Shown here one piece after another: positions 1 through 11,082 of a stretch of DNA of 64,000 bases. Every line of letters starts with the position of its first letter. The first letter of the stretch is position 1. The notes under the pieces were generated by a model. The model searched no databases, had not been told where the DNA came from, and saw only the letters and a program-made list of their open reading frames with translations. The stretch is taken from contig CAWJLW010000006.1 in NCBI GenBank assembly GCA_963843795.1, positions 868,001 through 932,000 of the forward strand, given 5' to 3'. Source of the stretch: an uncultured bacterium. Lineage in GTDB: Bacteria; Armatimonadota; Abditibacteriia; Abditibacteriales; Abditibacteriaceae. The translations under genes and the position numbers were made by a program.

Positions 1-2
1 CT

Positions 3-185
3 ACCGCAGAAGCCCAGGCAGGCGCGCTGCTGGCCACTTTTTACGAGCGCTTCGGACGCGGTGCTGTCGTGCAAACTTTGCAGCGCATCGGCAGTGGCGA
101 AAATATCGACAGTGCTCTGGAAGCCACCACGAATTTAAACGAAGAACAATTTTTCCGTGCCTGGGCCAGAAATATCGCGCCGTGA
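3..185 (+). CDS. 3' end of a gene entering from the left edge (possibly peptidase MA-like C-terminus)
   Basis: Open frame ...FYERFGRGAVVQTLQRIGSGENIDSALEATTNLNEEQFFRAWARNIAP* ending TGA 183-185. Family guess is weak. Confidence 0.5.
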   Translation, partial: TAEAQAGALLATFYERFGRGAVVQTLQRIGSGENIDSALEATTNLNEEQFFRAWARNIAP

Positions 186-277
186 TTGTGGCACAACGAT
201 TGCCTTATCACCGTTGCAAGTACTTGCTGTGCCGAATTGCGCAACCGAATTGCGCGCTGCATTTCTAAAGTCGCGTT

Positions 278-1651
278 ATGTCTCGCTATTACGATTACGA
301 TGCCACTCCTTTCGAGCAACCGTTGCCCTCTCCCGATTGCACGTTGATCGTCCCGCTTTTGACCGCCTATTTCGATTTAGAAGCGGAGGGCGCTGATGCT
401 GCGCGCGTCCAAAAGCATCTCTCTGGCTGCGCGCGTTGCGCGAAGATGTGGCGCGACTGGGGCGATGTGCGATTCATATTGCAAACTCTGCCCACGCCCG
501 CGCCGCCTCATGCACTGGCTGCGCAAATCGTGCAAACGAGCCGTTTGACTAATATGCTGCCCGCCGCGCTGCCTACCGAGTTTGCGCGCGCGATCTCGCA
601 CGATGAATATGCTGTGCCGCCACAACTGCACGAAACCATTCTTGCGGCAACCACGCGCGCGCCGGTAAGTTCAAAACGGGCTGTCAACGGGCGTTTGATA
701 AGTGGTATCGCCACTGATGTCGTGACACAACACGATTTCGCGCGCCCTTTGCGCTCGCTGCGTCCTATCATGGCAATGGCAGCGGTGCCTGCACTGGCCC
801 TTTGGCTCATCACGCTGACCGCAGGCAATTCGGCGCTTTTTGCGCCCGCTGAAAATTCCGAAACTGTCGCGATTTCCGCCCCGTCGCAAATGCCAGCAAT
901 TAGCAAAGCGCCGCAGGATGAAACCGCCCAACCGCTTATCGCGCAAACCAGAACCGCAGCTTCTCTGCCCACGAGCGCAGCTTCCCAAAGACCCAGCGCT
1001 CCATCTGTGGTTGAGGCTGCACCCTCCTCGGCCAAGGTGAATTCTGAAACTACGGTCAGCCGCGTGCAACTCGAAAATTCCGTGGCTTTGGCGCGCTGGG
1101 TGGAAAGCGAAAGCCGCGCACCACAAGTTTCGGTGACTAATGCGCCGTCCACGATGACGATTAATCTGCGCGCTTCGCAACCGTTGCCTTCGTCTCCGCT
1201 GCCGTCAAAAGTTTCGGTTTCGGTCAAAGTTCAATCTCAATCCGCGAACATAACCCAAAGCGCGGCTCGTAGCAATGCGGTGGCTCGCACCAATGGCGCA
1301 CGCGTTGCTTTAAGGGCGAATGCGCCACGTCGTAGCGCGAAATTATCCACAGTCTCGATGACGGCTTCGGCGCTGTCTTCGGCAATGATGGTGCGCTCGG
1401 TTTCGGATGAAACTCCGCGCGTGGCGATGAAAATGGACGTGCCACCGATGCAAAAAGCCACCTTGCCCACAGCCGCCAGTCGCGAAGCCAGCGATGAATC
1501 GTTGTGGCAAAGCGACGTCGCGCCTGGTCGTTCAGCTCTTTCGGTTGTGCAGGCATTGAACGATAACCGTCCGCGCGAATTGCGTGACGCTTTCGACGCT
1601 TACGCGCAAACCCTGATGGACGATAGCGACACTTCGGCGTCCACATTATAG
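278..1651 (+). CDS. Putative anti-sigma factor (zf-HC2 zinc finger, one TM helix, low-complexity C-terminus)
   Basis: HLSGCARC matches HxxxCxxC, followed by hydrophobic AAVPALALWLITL and an Ala/Ser/Pro-rich tail. Confidence 0.7.
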   Translation: MSRYYDYDATPFEQPLPSPDCTLIVPLLTAYFDLEAEGADAARVQKHLSGCARCAKMWRDWGDVRFILQTLPTPAPPHALAAQIVQTSRLTNMLPAALPTEFARAISHDEYAVPPQLHETILAATTRAPVSSKRAVNGRLISGIATDVVTQHDFARPLRSLRPIMAMAAVPALALWLITLTAGNSALFAPAENSETVAISAPSQMPAISKAPQDETAQPLIAQTRTAASLPTSAASQRPSAPSVVEAAPSSAKVNSETTVSRVQLENSVALARWVESESRAPQVSVTNAPSTMTINLRASQPLPSSPLPSKVSVSVKVQSQSANITQSAARSNAVARTNGARVALRANAPRRSAKLSTVSMTASALSSAMMVRSVSDETPRVAMKMDVPPMQKATLPTAASREASDESLWQSDVAPGRSALSVVQALNDNRPRELRDAFDAYAQTLMDDSDTSASTL

Positions 1652-1667
1652 AATTCGCTTGAATAAC

Positions 1668-1709
1668 AGCCAAAAACGCCCTGCAAGTACTTGCAGGGCG
1701 TTTTTGGCT
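1668..1709. terminator. 42-bp perfect palindrome centred on GCAAGTACTTGC, likely intrinsic terminator
   Basis: AGCCAAAAACGCCCTGCAAGT|ACTTGCAGGGCGTTTTTGGCT, 17 nt after the stop at 1651. Confidence 0.8.
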
Positions 1710-1844
1710 TGGCTGCTTCTTGAAATAATTAGCGCAGAGAGCGATTTAATGTCGAGAAACTTTTGTGTCAGATAAAACTGTCGAAGCGATATTGAACTTC
1801 GATATTAATCGCATCTATCACATACGCCTAACTCACACCTTATT

Positions 1845-3782
1845 ATGAAAAATTACCTGTTAAGCGGATTAATTCTGAGCAGCGCACTGATTGTGCATCA
1901 GCTTTCTGCACGCGCCCTGCCAAGTGACTATTTTGGCATTCAAATCGTCGATGCCGAAACCGGACGCGGCGTGCCGCTTGTTGAGCTGACCACGACAAGT
2001 CAGCAGAAGTTTCTCACCGATAGCAACGGCTGGGTCGCCATCAACGAACCCGATTTGATGCAGCAAAACGTGTATTTTTCGCTCAGCAGTCACGGTTACA
2101 CGATGGACGCCGATAATTTCGGCTATCGTGGTCGCGCCTTCGATGTGAAAGCGGGAGCGCGCGCCAAAATCGCCATTAAACGAGTGAATATCGCCGAGCG
2201 CTTGTATCGTATCACCGGCGCGGGCATTTATCGCGATAGCGTTTTACTGGGCGAAAAAGTGCCAATTGCCCGGCCGCTAATCAACGGTGGTGTGACCGGA
2301 CAGGACACTGTAATGGTGACGCCGTATCGTGACAAATTGTACTGGTTTTGGGGCGATACCAACCGTTTTGGTTATCCGTTGGGCAACTTCGCCACATCGG
2401 GCGGAACTTCAGCGTTGCCAGCCCAAGGCGGTTTAAAACCAAATGTCGGCATGAATCTGACCTATTGGACGGACGAAAGCGGTTTCAGTAAAAAAATGAT
2501 TCCCCTCAGCGGCAACAGCGGTCCGGTTTGGGTCGGCGGCGTTTTCACTTTGGGGCAAGGCGCGCAACAAGAACTTTACACGCATTACGCGCATTTGGGC
2601 AAAGGCGACGAAACCACCGAACAAGGCTTAGCCTTGTTCAACGACGAGAAAGCGTTGTTCGAGAAAGTTCTGGCATTCGATGGCCCGCTTTATCCCGATG
2701 GGCACCCGTTCCGCGTGAATGTCGATGGCGTGAGGTATCTGTATTTTCAATCGAGTTCCCTCGAAGCGATGCCCTTGGTGCGCGTGCGCGCCGATAAAGC
2801 CAGCGTGATGAATCCCAAAGCCTATCAAGCGTTTACGCCGCTGAAAACCGGAGCGCAAAAAGATGCGGGCGCACAGATTGAGCGCGACAAAAGCGGGCGT
2901 TTGAATTACGTTTGGAAAAGTGACACTGCTTCGTGGGGGCCGGACGCGCGCCAGAAAGCAGTCGAGGCCAAGCAAATCACAGCCGCAGAAGCGCCATTCA
3001 CGATGCGCGATATTCTGACCGATTTGCCGGTTCAATCGCACGGCGGTTCGGTTTATTGGAATGCGTTTCGCCAAAAATGGGTGATGATTTCGGGCCAGAA
3101 ATTTGGCTCGCCGAGCTTCCTAGGCGAACTGTGGTTTTCCGAAGCTGACACGCCGACCGGCCCGTGGATTTATGCGCGCAAAATTATCACGCACAATAAA
3201 TATACCTTCTATAATCCCACACAACATCCGTTTTTCGACGAAAATGGTGGCCGCCGCATTTATTTTGAAGGCACTTATGTCACGACGTATTCTGGCAACG
3301 ATAACCCGACGCCGTTCTACGATTACAACCAGATCATGTATGCGCTGGATTTAACCGACGCGCGCTTGGATTTGCCTTCGCCGGTTTACGCTTTAGCCAA
3401 CGGCGAACACGCAATGCGCGCGCAAGTACTTGCTGACAAGAATTGGAATCAAATCCAAAGGGCGCCCTTTTTCGCCATGATGCGCGCATCCGAAAAAATG
3501 GTGCCGGTTTATCAAAGCGCAATTTTCCAACTTTCCACGCAAAAACCAAACAACAACGCTGCCGCACTTTTCTATGCGCTGCCCGCAACGCCCGCGCCCG
3601 ATGAAAAGCCCGCGCCTTCCATCGTGCCGCTATACGTTTTTCGTAATGGAAGAAATGTGCGGTATTCGACAGACGAGAAAACGCGCGAAAACGAAACGCG
3701 CGACGCACAGCCATTGTGCCGCGTGTGGCGCAATCCAACACCCACGCTAACGCTCGATTTCTCAGCGCAACCGCTGCTGTAA
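1845..3782 (+). CDS. Secreted hypothetical protein, possibly beta-propeller glycoside hydrolase-like
   Basis: Signal peptide, aromatic-rich motifs (YWFWGDT, PTGPW, YNPTQHP, IYFEGTY), 645 aa. Confidence 0.6.
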   Translation: MKNYLLSGLILSSALIVHQLSARALPSDYFGIQIVDAETGRGVPLVELTTTSQQKFLTDSNGWVAINEPDLMQQNVYFSLSSHGYTMDADNFGYRGRAFDVKAGARAKIAIKRVNIAERLYRITGAGIYRDSVLLGEKVPIARPLINGGVTGQDTVMVTPYRDKLYWFWGDTNRFGYPLGNFATSGGTSALPAQGGLKPNVGMNLTYWTDESGFSKKMIPLSGNSGPVWVGGVFTLGQGAQQELYTHYAHLGKGDETTEQGLALFNDEKALFEKVLAFDGPLYPDGHPFRVNVDGVRYLYFQSSSLEAMPLVRVRADKASVMNPKAYQAFTPLKTGAQKDAGAQIERDKSGRLNYVWKSDTASWGPDARQKAVEAKQITAAEAPFTMRDILTDLPVQSHGGSVYWNAFRQKWVMISGQKFGSPSFLGELWFSEADTPTGPWIYARKIITHNKYTFYNPTQHPFFDENGGRRIYFEGTYVTTYSGNDNPTPFYDYNQIMYALDLTDARLDLPSPVYALANGEHAMRAQVLADKNWNQIQRAPFFAMMRASEKMVPVYQSAIFQLSTQKPNNNAAALFYALPATPAPDEKPAPSIVPLYVFRNGRNVRYSTDEKTRENETRDAQPLCRVWRNPTPTLTLDFSAQPLL

Positions 3783-3827
3783 AAGCTAAAAGCTGCGCTG
3801 CAAGTACTTGCAGGCACGTTTTAAGTT

Positions 3828-4808
3828 TCAATCCAAGCGTACGCGCGGGTCAATCACGCGATAGGCCAAATCGACGGCGATATTGGCGACGACAACTGTG
3901 AACGCAGCGAACAAAACGGTGCCCATAATCATCGGCACGTCTTGGTTGGCAATCGAATCGACGGCGAGGCTTCCGATGCCGGGCCAGCCAAAAATCTTCT
4001 CGGTGAAAATCAGGCCGCTTAATAAACTGGCGATATCTAAACCAAGAATTGTGATGAGTGGAATGAGCGCGTTTTTCAAACCGTGCTTGGCAAGTACTTG
4101 CGTTTCGCTCAAACCGCGTGCGCGTGCGGCGCGAATATATTCTTGCTTTAAAACGCCGCGCATATTGGCGTGAAGCAAGCGCGAATAATACGCCGCGCCG
4201 CCCAGCGCTAAAGTTATCGCGGGCAAGGGCAGAGCATACCAACTCGCTTCGCCGCCGACTGAAAACCACGACCAGCGGTAGCCGACGTAATATTGCAGCA
4301 GTTTTCCCAGCCAGAACGTGGGAATTGAAAGCGCCAGAACGCCCAGAATCAAACTCAATCGGTCGAAGGTGCTGCGGTCGTATTTCGCTGTCAAAGTGCC
4401 GAGAGGAATCGCGATTACAAGCCACAAAACCAAACCGGTTGCGGCCAGCCACAGCGTCGCAGGAAAGCGGCGAGCGATGGCTCCGATGACCAGATCGCCA
4501 TTGCGATAGCTTTTAAGGTTATTGGTGAGGGCGTCGCGCACGAACAGAAAATATTGCGTGGAAAGTGGTTTGTCCAAGCCTCTGTCGCGTTTGATGTTGG
4601 CAATGGTTTCGTCGTCGGTGTGGTTGCCAGCGATGGTCATCGCCATCATCGTGGTCGGGTCGAGTGCTTTGTCGCTTTCGCCCGCCAAGCGCGATTTGCC
4701 CAAGCGCGGCACGACGAACAAAAGCAAAAATACGATGACGCTGACGCCCCACATTGTGACCAAACCCCAACCGACGCGCCGCAAAAACGAGAGAAAAACT
4801 GGATTCAT
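3828..4808 (-). CDS. Peptide/nickel ABC transporter permease (OppB/DppB family)
   Basis: GLDKPLSTQY, RFPATLWLA, EAA loop YIRAARARGLSE, FGWPGIG, IDPRVR. ATG at 4808 chosen as start. Confidence 0.92.
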   Translation of the reverse strand: MNPVFLSFLRRVGWGLVTMWGVSVIVFLLLFVVPRLGKSRLAGESDKALDPTTMMAMTIAGNHTDDETIANIKRDRGLDKPLSTQYFLFVRDALTNNLKSYRNGDLVIGAIARRFPATLWLAATGLVLWLVIAIPLGTLTAKYDRSTFDRLSLILGVLALSIPTFWLGKLLQYYVGYRWSWFSVGGEASWYALPLPAITLALGGAAYYSRLLHANMRGVLKQEYIRAARARGLSETQVLAKHGLKNALIPLITILGLDIASLLSGLIFTEKIFGWPGIGSLAVDSIANQDVPMIMGTVLFAAFTVVVANIAVDLAYRVIDPRVRLD

Positions 4809-4876
4809 AATTTTTTGCACGACCCTAAACGTTGCAGTCGAGTATAGGTTTTCTGCAACCAGAGTGCGCAAAGGCG

Positions 4877-7800
4877 CTAATCCGATTTCGCTGATGAATC
4901 GCATCGTGCGGCCAAGCTGGCGACGATAGCCATTAGCTCGGCAGATTCAACCGGTTTAGGCGCGTGCATCTGGAAACCTGATGACAGCGCCTTGATTCTG
5001 TCCTCGGCGCGCGCATAAGCCGTGAGGGCGACGGCAGGAATGCGGCCCCCTTGTTGTGGTGGCAGCGCGCGCAATTTTTTTATCAAGCTATAACCGTCTT
5101 CGTCCGGCATACCGATGTCGCTGATGAGCACATCCGGCTGCGCCCGAGCGATGGCATCGAGCGCAGCTTGTGCCGAAGCGACGGAAGTGACTTTGGCTCC
5201 ACACTGGCTTAGCACGGCAACGATCAGTTCGCGCGCATCGGTGTCGTCATCGGCCACAAGTACTTGCAAGCCTTTTAATTCTTGGGCGCACTCAAAAGCG
5301 ACGCGCCCGCTGGCACGCGGATGAACGCGCTCGTTATCGGTCGAGCGCGTGTTGTGGTTTTTATGCACGGCGGCAATTGGTAGGGAAACCGTGAAAGTCG
5401 CGCCCCGATTTTTGCCTTCGCTCGAAGCCTGCACTGTGCCGCCGTGTAGCTCGACCAGTTGGCGCACGATTTCCAATCCTAAACCCAAGCCGCCGACGCT
5501 GCGTGTCAGGGTCGAATCGGCCTGACGGAAGCGGTCGAAAACGTGGGGCAAAAATTCGGCGCTGATACCCTGACCGCTGTCGCTAACGGTCAATTCGACG
5601 TGCGAATTAACACGCTCCAAACGAACTTGAATGCGCCCATTTCGAGGCGTGAATTTAAGCGCGTTGGAAAGCAGGTTCCAGATGATTTGTTGTAAACGGT
5701 CGGGATCGCCGGAAACCGGACCCGCTTGCGGATCGAGCAAAACTTGCAGGCGAATGTTCTTGGCCTCAGCAGTCGGGCGCACGGTATCTGTGGCGGCTTC
5801 GACCACAACAGCGAGCGCAACTGGACGTAAATCGAGACGCAGCTTGCCGGTGATAATGCGCGAAACGTCCATCAAATCTTCGACTAAACGTACTTGAGCG
5901 CGTGCGTTGCGCTGAATGCTATCCAATGCTTGCAGTGTGCTTTCCTGATCCAATTTATTCATCGAAAGCAGGTCGGACCAGCCCAGAATCGCTGTTAATG
6001 GCGTGCGCAGTTCGTGTGACATGGTGGCCAGAAACTCGTCTTTGAGGCGGCTGGATTCTTGCGAATCGCGATAAAGGCGCGCGTTGCTAATGGCCAGCGC
6101 CGCGCGACTCGCCAAATCTTCGGCCAGCGCCAAATCTTCCAGATTATAGCGCCGTCCCGATGCTGCAGTGGCGAAAGTGAGAACACCCAGCGTGCGGCCA
6201 TGCGCTATCAGCGGCACAAGCATGGCCGAAGTAAAACCGACCCCGCGTAGCAGTCGCAGATGTTCATCGTCTCGCGCCGCTGCGACTAGTAAATCGTCGC
6301 TGATTTCTTCATACCATTCCGATTTTCCCGTCGCCACGACTTTGGGCACGCCGTGCGGTGCTTCAGGATCGTAGGGATAGCGTTGATGAAGTTCGTTCGC
6401 CCACTGAATCTTCGTCGGATCGACATGAGCAACTGCCAAACGCCGAATCGTGCCGTCTTCCTCCAACACATCAACTGCACACCAATCGGCGAGTTTAGGC
6501 ACCGTCAGGTAGGCTATATTAGACAAAATTTTCTCGTAGTCCAAAGATGATGCGATGATGCTGGTGGCTTCGACCAGAAAAGTCTGGCGGTCTTTGGCGT
6601 GCTTCATCTCGGTGATGTCGATGCAAGAACCGATGAAGCCCGCAAATTCATTGTCCGCCGTCCAGCGCGGAGAACCACGTTCGAGCAGCCAGCGATATTC
6701 ACCATCGTGGCGACGCAATCGGTATTCCACTTCAAACGCTTGTTTTTGTGCGAAATGCGTCGCGTAAACTTCCGCCTGACGCGCGAAATCGTCGGGATGA
6801 ACGCCCGCATTCCAACCATTGTCCAACTCTACTTCCAGTTCGCGTCCCGTGAAATTGAGCCAGGTTTTATTGAAGAAAAAGTGCGAGCTGTCGGCTCCGC
6901 TGATCCAGATTAGTACGGGCGCGGTATCGGCCATGGTACGAAAACGATGTTCCGATTCGCGCAGCTCGTTTTGCACTTGTTTAAACTCGTGAACTTCAGT
7001 ATTCGAGCCAAGCCACATCACGATTTTGCCCTGCGCGTCGTGCATGGCGCGAGCGCGGCTCAGGTGCCAGCGATATTCGCCATCGGCGCGGCGAAAACGG
7101 TGTTCGAATCGAAACGGTTCTCCTGTGGCCAGAGAGTGCGTCCAGCGTTGCACATTTTCTTCGACATCATCGGGATGAACAAATTGTGTCCAGCCCCAAT
7201 CGCGTATCTGCTCGAAAGATAGGCCAGTGAACTCCACCCATTGCGGATTGAAATAATCGACGTTTCCGCTAGCGTCGGCAGTGAAAATTTTCTGCGGCAT
7301 CGACTTCATAATAAAGCTCAACCGCTCTTCGGATGCGCGCAGCTTCAAAGTGGCTCTGGCCCGTTCAAGCGCTTCCCAACAGCGATTGGCCACCAGACGA
7401 ATTAATTCAATTTCTTCCGTTTTCCAGTGGCGCGTTGTCTTCTGATGTACCGCAATGATCGCCACGAGCTTTCCCTCTCTATGAAAAGGCAGGCTTACCG
7501 CCGCTGTGACTTCGATTTGCTGGTGAATTTCACGTTTGTCTACAATGCGCGGGTCGGTGGAGGCATCTTCAAAAATATACGTTTCGCCCTGGCGCAGAGA
7601 GCGCGACGCCGCTTCGCCAAAAGATTCCAGTTTGAAATTGCCCAGCAGGCTCATCGTGTCATGCGTGTAATCACTGAGAATCGAGAAGCTATTTTCGTCG
7701 TCTTCCACTTCGGCGTAAGCGCAGCGGTTGGCTCCCAAGTAGGTGCCCAGCATACGCGCGTCATCACCATAATCTCGTTGGGATCATCGAGACTTTGCAA

Positions 7801-8580
7801 GGTTTGGTTCAAATCCAGTAAAAATTGCAAGTTTTGCTGCCGATTTCGATGTTCAGTAACGTCATTGGCCACACAATAAATCAGTGCCTCGGCCATGTCG
7901 GGCAGATAAGACCACACGAACCACTTGTAGGAACCGTCTTTGCAGCGTTGCCGATTTTCAAAGCCCTGTATCACCTGTCCCTGCCGCGCTTTTTCGGTTT
8001 CTTGTTGCACGGCTTCCACATCATCGGAATGAGCCAGATCGTGCAGCGAAGTGCCCAGTAATTCGGCTTCGCTCCAGCCCAGCGAATTTACAAATGCGCC
8101 GTTAACGCGCTGAAAATCTCCCCGTGTGGTCACGACGCACATCAAATCGCGCGACATCGTGAAAACGCGGTCGCGCTGGTTTTCGGCGCGTTTTCTGGCC
8201 GTGATGTCGCGCACTTCGATAATAGTGCCTACTGCCACGCCGTTTTCGCGAATTGGGCTGGCGGTGAAGGCTACCGAGTAAAACGAGCCATCCTTGTGCA
8301 CAAAAGTTTCTTCGCCCTGTTCGCGGTTGTTTTGCGGCAGCGCTTGATCGATTGGGCACTCTTCAAGCGGATAATGGCTGCCGTCGGGGCGCGTGTGATG
8401 GATGATGTCGTGCAGGGCGCGACCTTGCACTTCGGATAACGAAAACCCCGTCATCTCTTCGGCTGCCGGATTCATGTATACGCATTGCTGGCGCTCATCC
8501 ATGATGAACAATGCCACCGTCGCGTTATTACAAATCGCTTCCAACTGTCGCCGGTAATCCTGCTCGGTAAATGGTTTCAT
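4877..8580 (-). pseudogene. Multi-PAS/GAF hybrid sensor histidine kinase split by a single-base frameshift near 7760
   Basis: ORF 7651-8610 has two PAS domains. ORF 4877-7753 has GAF, PAS, PAS, GAF, HisKA (FLATMSHELRTPL), HATPase (GGLGLGL) and REC (LISDIGMP). The two join if one base is added at ...ATG ACG CGC GTA TGC.... May be a sequencing error. Confidence 0.8.
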
Positions 8581-8807
8581 CAGTTCGTAAATCTCATTTT
8601 TGCCAGTCAAAAACCAAGAAGCTATGCTTTTTATTGCATTCTCAAACGGTCGGTCGCACCCATTTTAGCCTACAAATTTTGGAAAAATAGTGTTGCAATT
8701 TATTAGCCACCCGGCTAACAGTCATAAATAATTTGCAGGCGCTGAAACTTATCAAATGAGTGCGATTTCAACTGCTCAGATTTACCGTTGCAAGTACTTG
8801 CAGCGTC

Positions 8808-10412
8808 CTATTGTGTCGTGTTCACATATTCCAAACGCTGCGACCACATTGGATGCAACTTGAAGCCGGTCGTCCACGGCTGTTGCACGGCAAAACGTTC
8901 GGTGTGGTGTAGAAAAACCCATGGCGCATCGTCCACGATCATCGCTCCGGCATCGCGATACATTTTCAAGCGCTGCTTGGGATTTTGTTCGATTAAAGCG
9001 CGATTGAGCAAGGCATCGACTTTGGGATTCGAATAGAACGCGCGATTGACAGATGCAGTTTGCGAAATGCTTTTGCCGTTCAAGAGCGGATCGTAAAAGT
9101 TCGATGGGTCGGGGAAATCTTGATACCAGCCCATCAGGCCCATTTCCGTATTTTTACGCTGCCCGGCGCGCGCTTTCAGTTCGGAATAGCGTACGCCTTT
9201 GGTGGTGATTTCCAGTCCGATTTTGCGCAAATCGCTTTGAATCGACTGCGCGGCTTTTTCATACCACGGCTCGTTGGTCGAATACCACAACGTCAGGCGC
9301 GGAAATTTGCCTTCCAAGCCCGCCGCTTGGATCAACGCTTTGGCTTTGTCGGGATTGTATTCATAGCCTTTAATTGCGGGATTATAGCCGGGCATTTGCG
9401 GCGGCAAAACGCCGCTCGCCAGCGTGGCGCGACCGGCCAGAAAACTCACAATGCGCTTGCGATTGATCGCATAATTCATCGCCTGTCGCACGCGCACATC
9501 GGTGAACGGCTTCATTTCCGTATTCAGCGTCATGTAGCGAATATCCATCATCGGCGCGTGCGTGATATACGGCTTCCATTTCGGGTCAGAGGTCAAACGC
9601 AAAAAGTCGGGCGCATTCGCGTCGGAAATGAAAAGTACGTCGCTCTGACCCTGTTCGAAACGCATGATTTGCAGCGTAGCGGAGTTGCCGAACTGCACTT
9701 CGATTCGCTTGGCTTTGGGCAACTCGGGACGAAAATACTTGTCATTTTTGTCCAATTTCAGCCACGCATCGTGCACCCATTCGCGCATTTTGAACGGTCC
9801 ACAACCATCGGGATGTTCGCTAAAACTTTTGCCCCATTTTTCTACGCTTTCGCGCGGCACCGCATAAGCAAACGGCAAAGCCAGCCAGTTCAAAAACGTG
9901 CTATCGGCTTTGTTCAAATGATAGATAATCGTGTTCTCATCCGGCACTTCAATGCCGCGAATATGCTGAAGATTTTTCGCCCCGCTGCGATCTTTGCTCC
10001 ATTCTTCGGCTCCCACAATCATCGTGTATTGCTTCAATCCGTCCGAAGCCGTAGCGGGATCAAGCACGCGCTCCATCGCATAGCGAAAATCTTCGGCAAC
10101 CACGCGACGACCGGAATGAAAATGCACGTCCTTGCGCAGCGTGAACGTATACGTTTTACCATCGGGCGAGATGGTGTATTTTTCCGCGACTTCGGGATGC
10201 AAATCGGGGCCATCGCCGTAATCGACTAATCCGCGATACAGCACGCGCACAAACGCCATGCTGCTGCTGTCGTAAGAAGTCGCCGGATCAAGCGTCGAGG
10301 CGTCGCTTTCCTGTGTCAAACGCACCACGCCCGCTTCGCGTGGCGCGCGAGCGCAACCGGAAATCAACCAAAGGCAGCCAAGAAAAAGGGGAAGAAAGTT
10401 GCGAAATGGCAT
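8808..10412 (-). CDS. Peptide ABC transporter substrate-binding lipoprotein (OppA/DppA, SBP family 5)
   Basis: Lipobox ISGC, family-5 signature SPDGKTYTFTLRKDVHFHSG, DVRVRQAMNYAINR. Confidence 0.93.
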   Translation of the reverse strand: MPFRNFLPLFLGCLWLISGCARAPREAGVVRLTQESDASTLDPATSYDSSSMAFVRVLYRGLVDYGDGPDLHPEVAEKYTISPDGKTYTFTLRKDVHFHSGRRVVAEDFRYAMERVLDPATASDGLKQYTMIVGAEEWSKDRSGAKNLQHIRGIEVPDENTIIYHLNKADSTFLNWLALPFAYAVPRESVEKWGKSFSEHPDGCGPFKMREWVHDAWLKLDKNDKYFRPELPKAKRIEVQFGNSATLQIMRFEQGQSDVLFISDANAPDFLRLTSDPKWKPYITHAPMMDIRYMTLNTEMKPFTDVRVRQAMNYAINRKRIVSFLAGRATLASGVLPPQMPGYNPAIKGYEYNPDKAKALIQAAGLEGKFPRLTLWYSTNEPWYEKAAQSIQSDLRKIGLEITTKGVRYSELKARAGQRKNTEMGLMGWYQDFPDPSNFYDPLLNGKSISQTASVNRAFYSNPKVDALLNRALIEQNPKQRLKMYRDAGAMIVDDAPWVFLHHTERFAVQQPWTTGFKLHPMWSQRLEYVNTTQ

Positions 10413-10527
10413 GATGAAAATTGTCCGCTTCGCAGTTAAGCGCAAAATTATCGGCGCGACAAAAATATGCTGATTTATGGGTTAAAATTGCTTGTGCAAG
10501 TACTTGCACAAGCGACCAAGAATAATT

Positions 10528-11082
10528 ATGCGTCAAAAAAAGAAAAGCTGGTCAACTCGCTGGAAAGGTCACACAATTGTGGTCGAAAATTGGTTCGATT
10601 GGCGTCTGCGCAATGGCGAAAATGCGTTCGTCGATGGCGATCTGGTGTGCGAACATCGCAGTTCGTGGAACACGCGTTCAGTCGTTCTTGAAGCCGAAAT
10701 CCACGACGAAAGCGGTTGGCACCAATTGAAAATTTATCTGGGCAGCGCCAACGGATTCAGCATCGATTGTCACATTTACGTCAACGATGAACTGGTCGGC
10801 GGCGATACCGACAAGAAGCTGATTTTACCCGCTGCGTCCGCGCAAGCGCTTTCGATTGCCGAGCAGCGCAAACAACTCAAGCACGAGCTTTTCTATCGCG
10901 CGGTCGTCGCGCCGCTGATTCTGATTCCATTTTTTCACGCGATAGAAACGGCTTATCCCATACACGAATTCAGCTTTGTCCTTGCCATCGCGCTGCTTTT
11001 ATGCGTTCAAACGCTCGGCACAATTTCTAAGATGCTAAAGTTACCGCGCGAAAATCCCGACAAAAATTCAACGCCGATCTAA
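10528..11082 (+). CDS. Hypothetical membrane protein
   Basis: Soluble beta-rich N-terminus and two C-terminal TM segments. ATG at 10528. Confidence 0.6.
   Translation: MRQKKKSWSTRWKGHTIVVENWFDWRLRNGENAFVDGDLVCEHRSSWNTRSVVLEAEIHDESGWHQLKIYLGSANGFSIDCHIYVNDELVGGDTDKKLILPAASAQALSIAEQRKQLKHELFYRAVVAPLILIPFFHAIETAYPIHEFSFVLAIALLLCVQTLGTISKMLKLPRENPDKNSTPI

Noticed and set aside
278..1651. Complete ECF sigma/anti-sigma module
   Set aside because: No sigma factor gene is adjacent, and the upstream partial ORF does not look like one.
9060..10229. Long antisense ORFs (for example 9060-10229, 22876-23901, 46670-47464)
   Set aside because: They shadow well-supported genes on the opposite strand and have no recognisable motifs.
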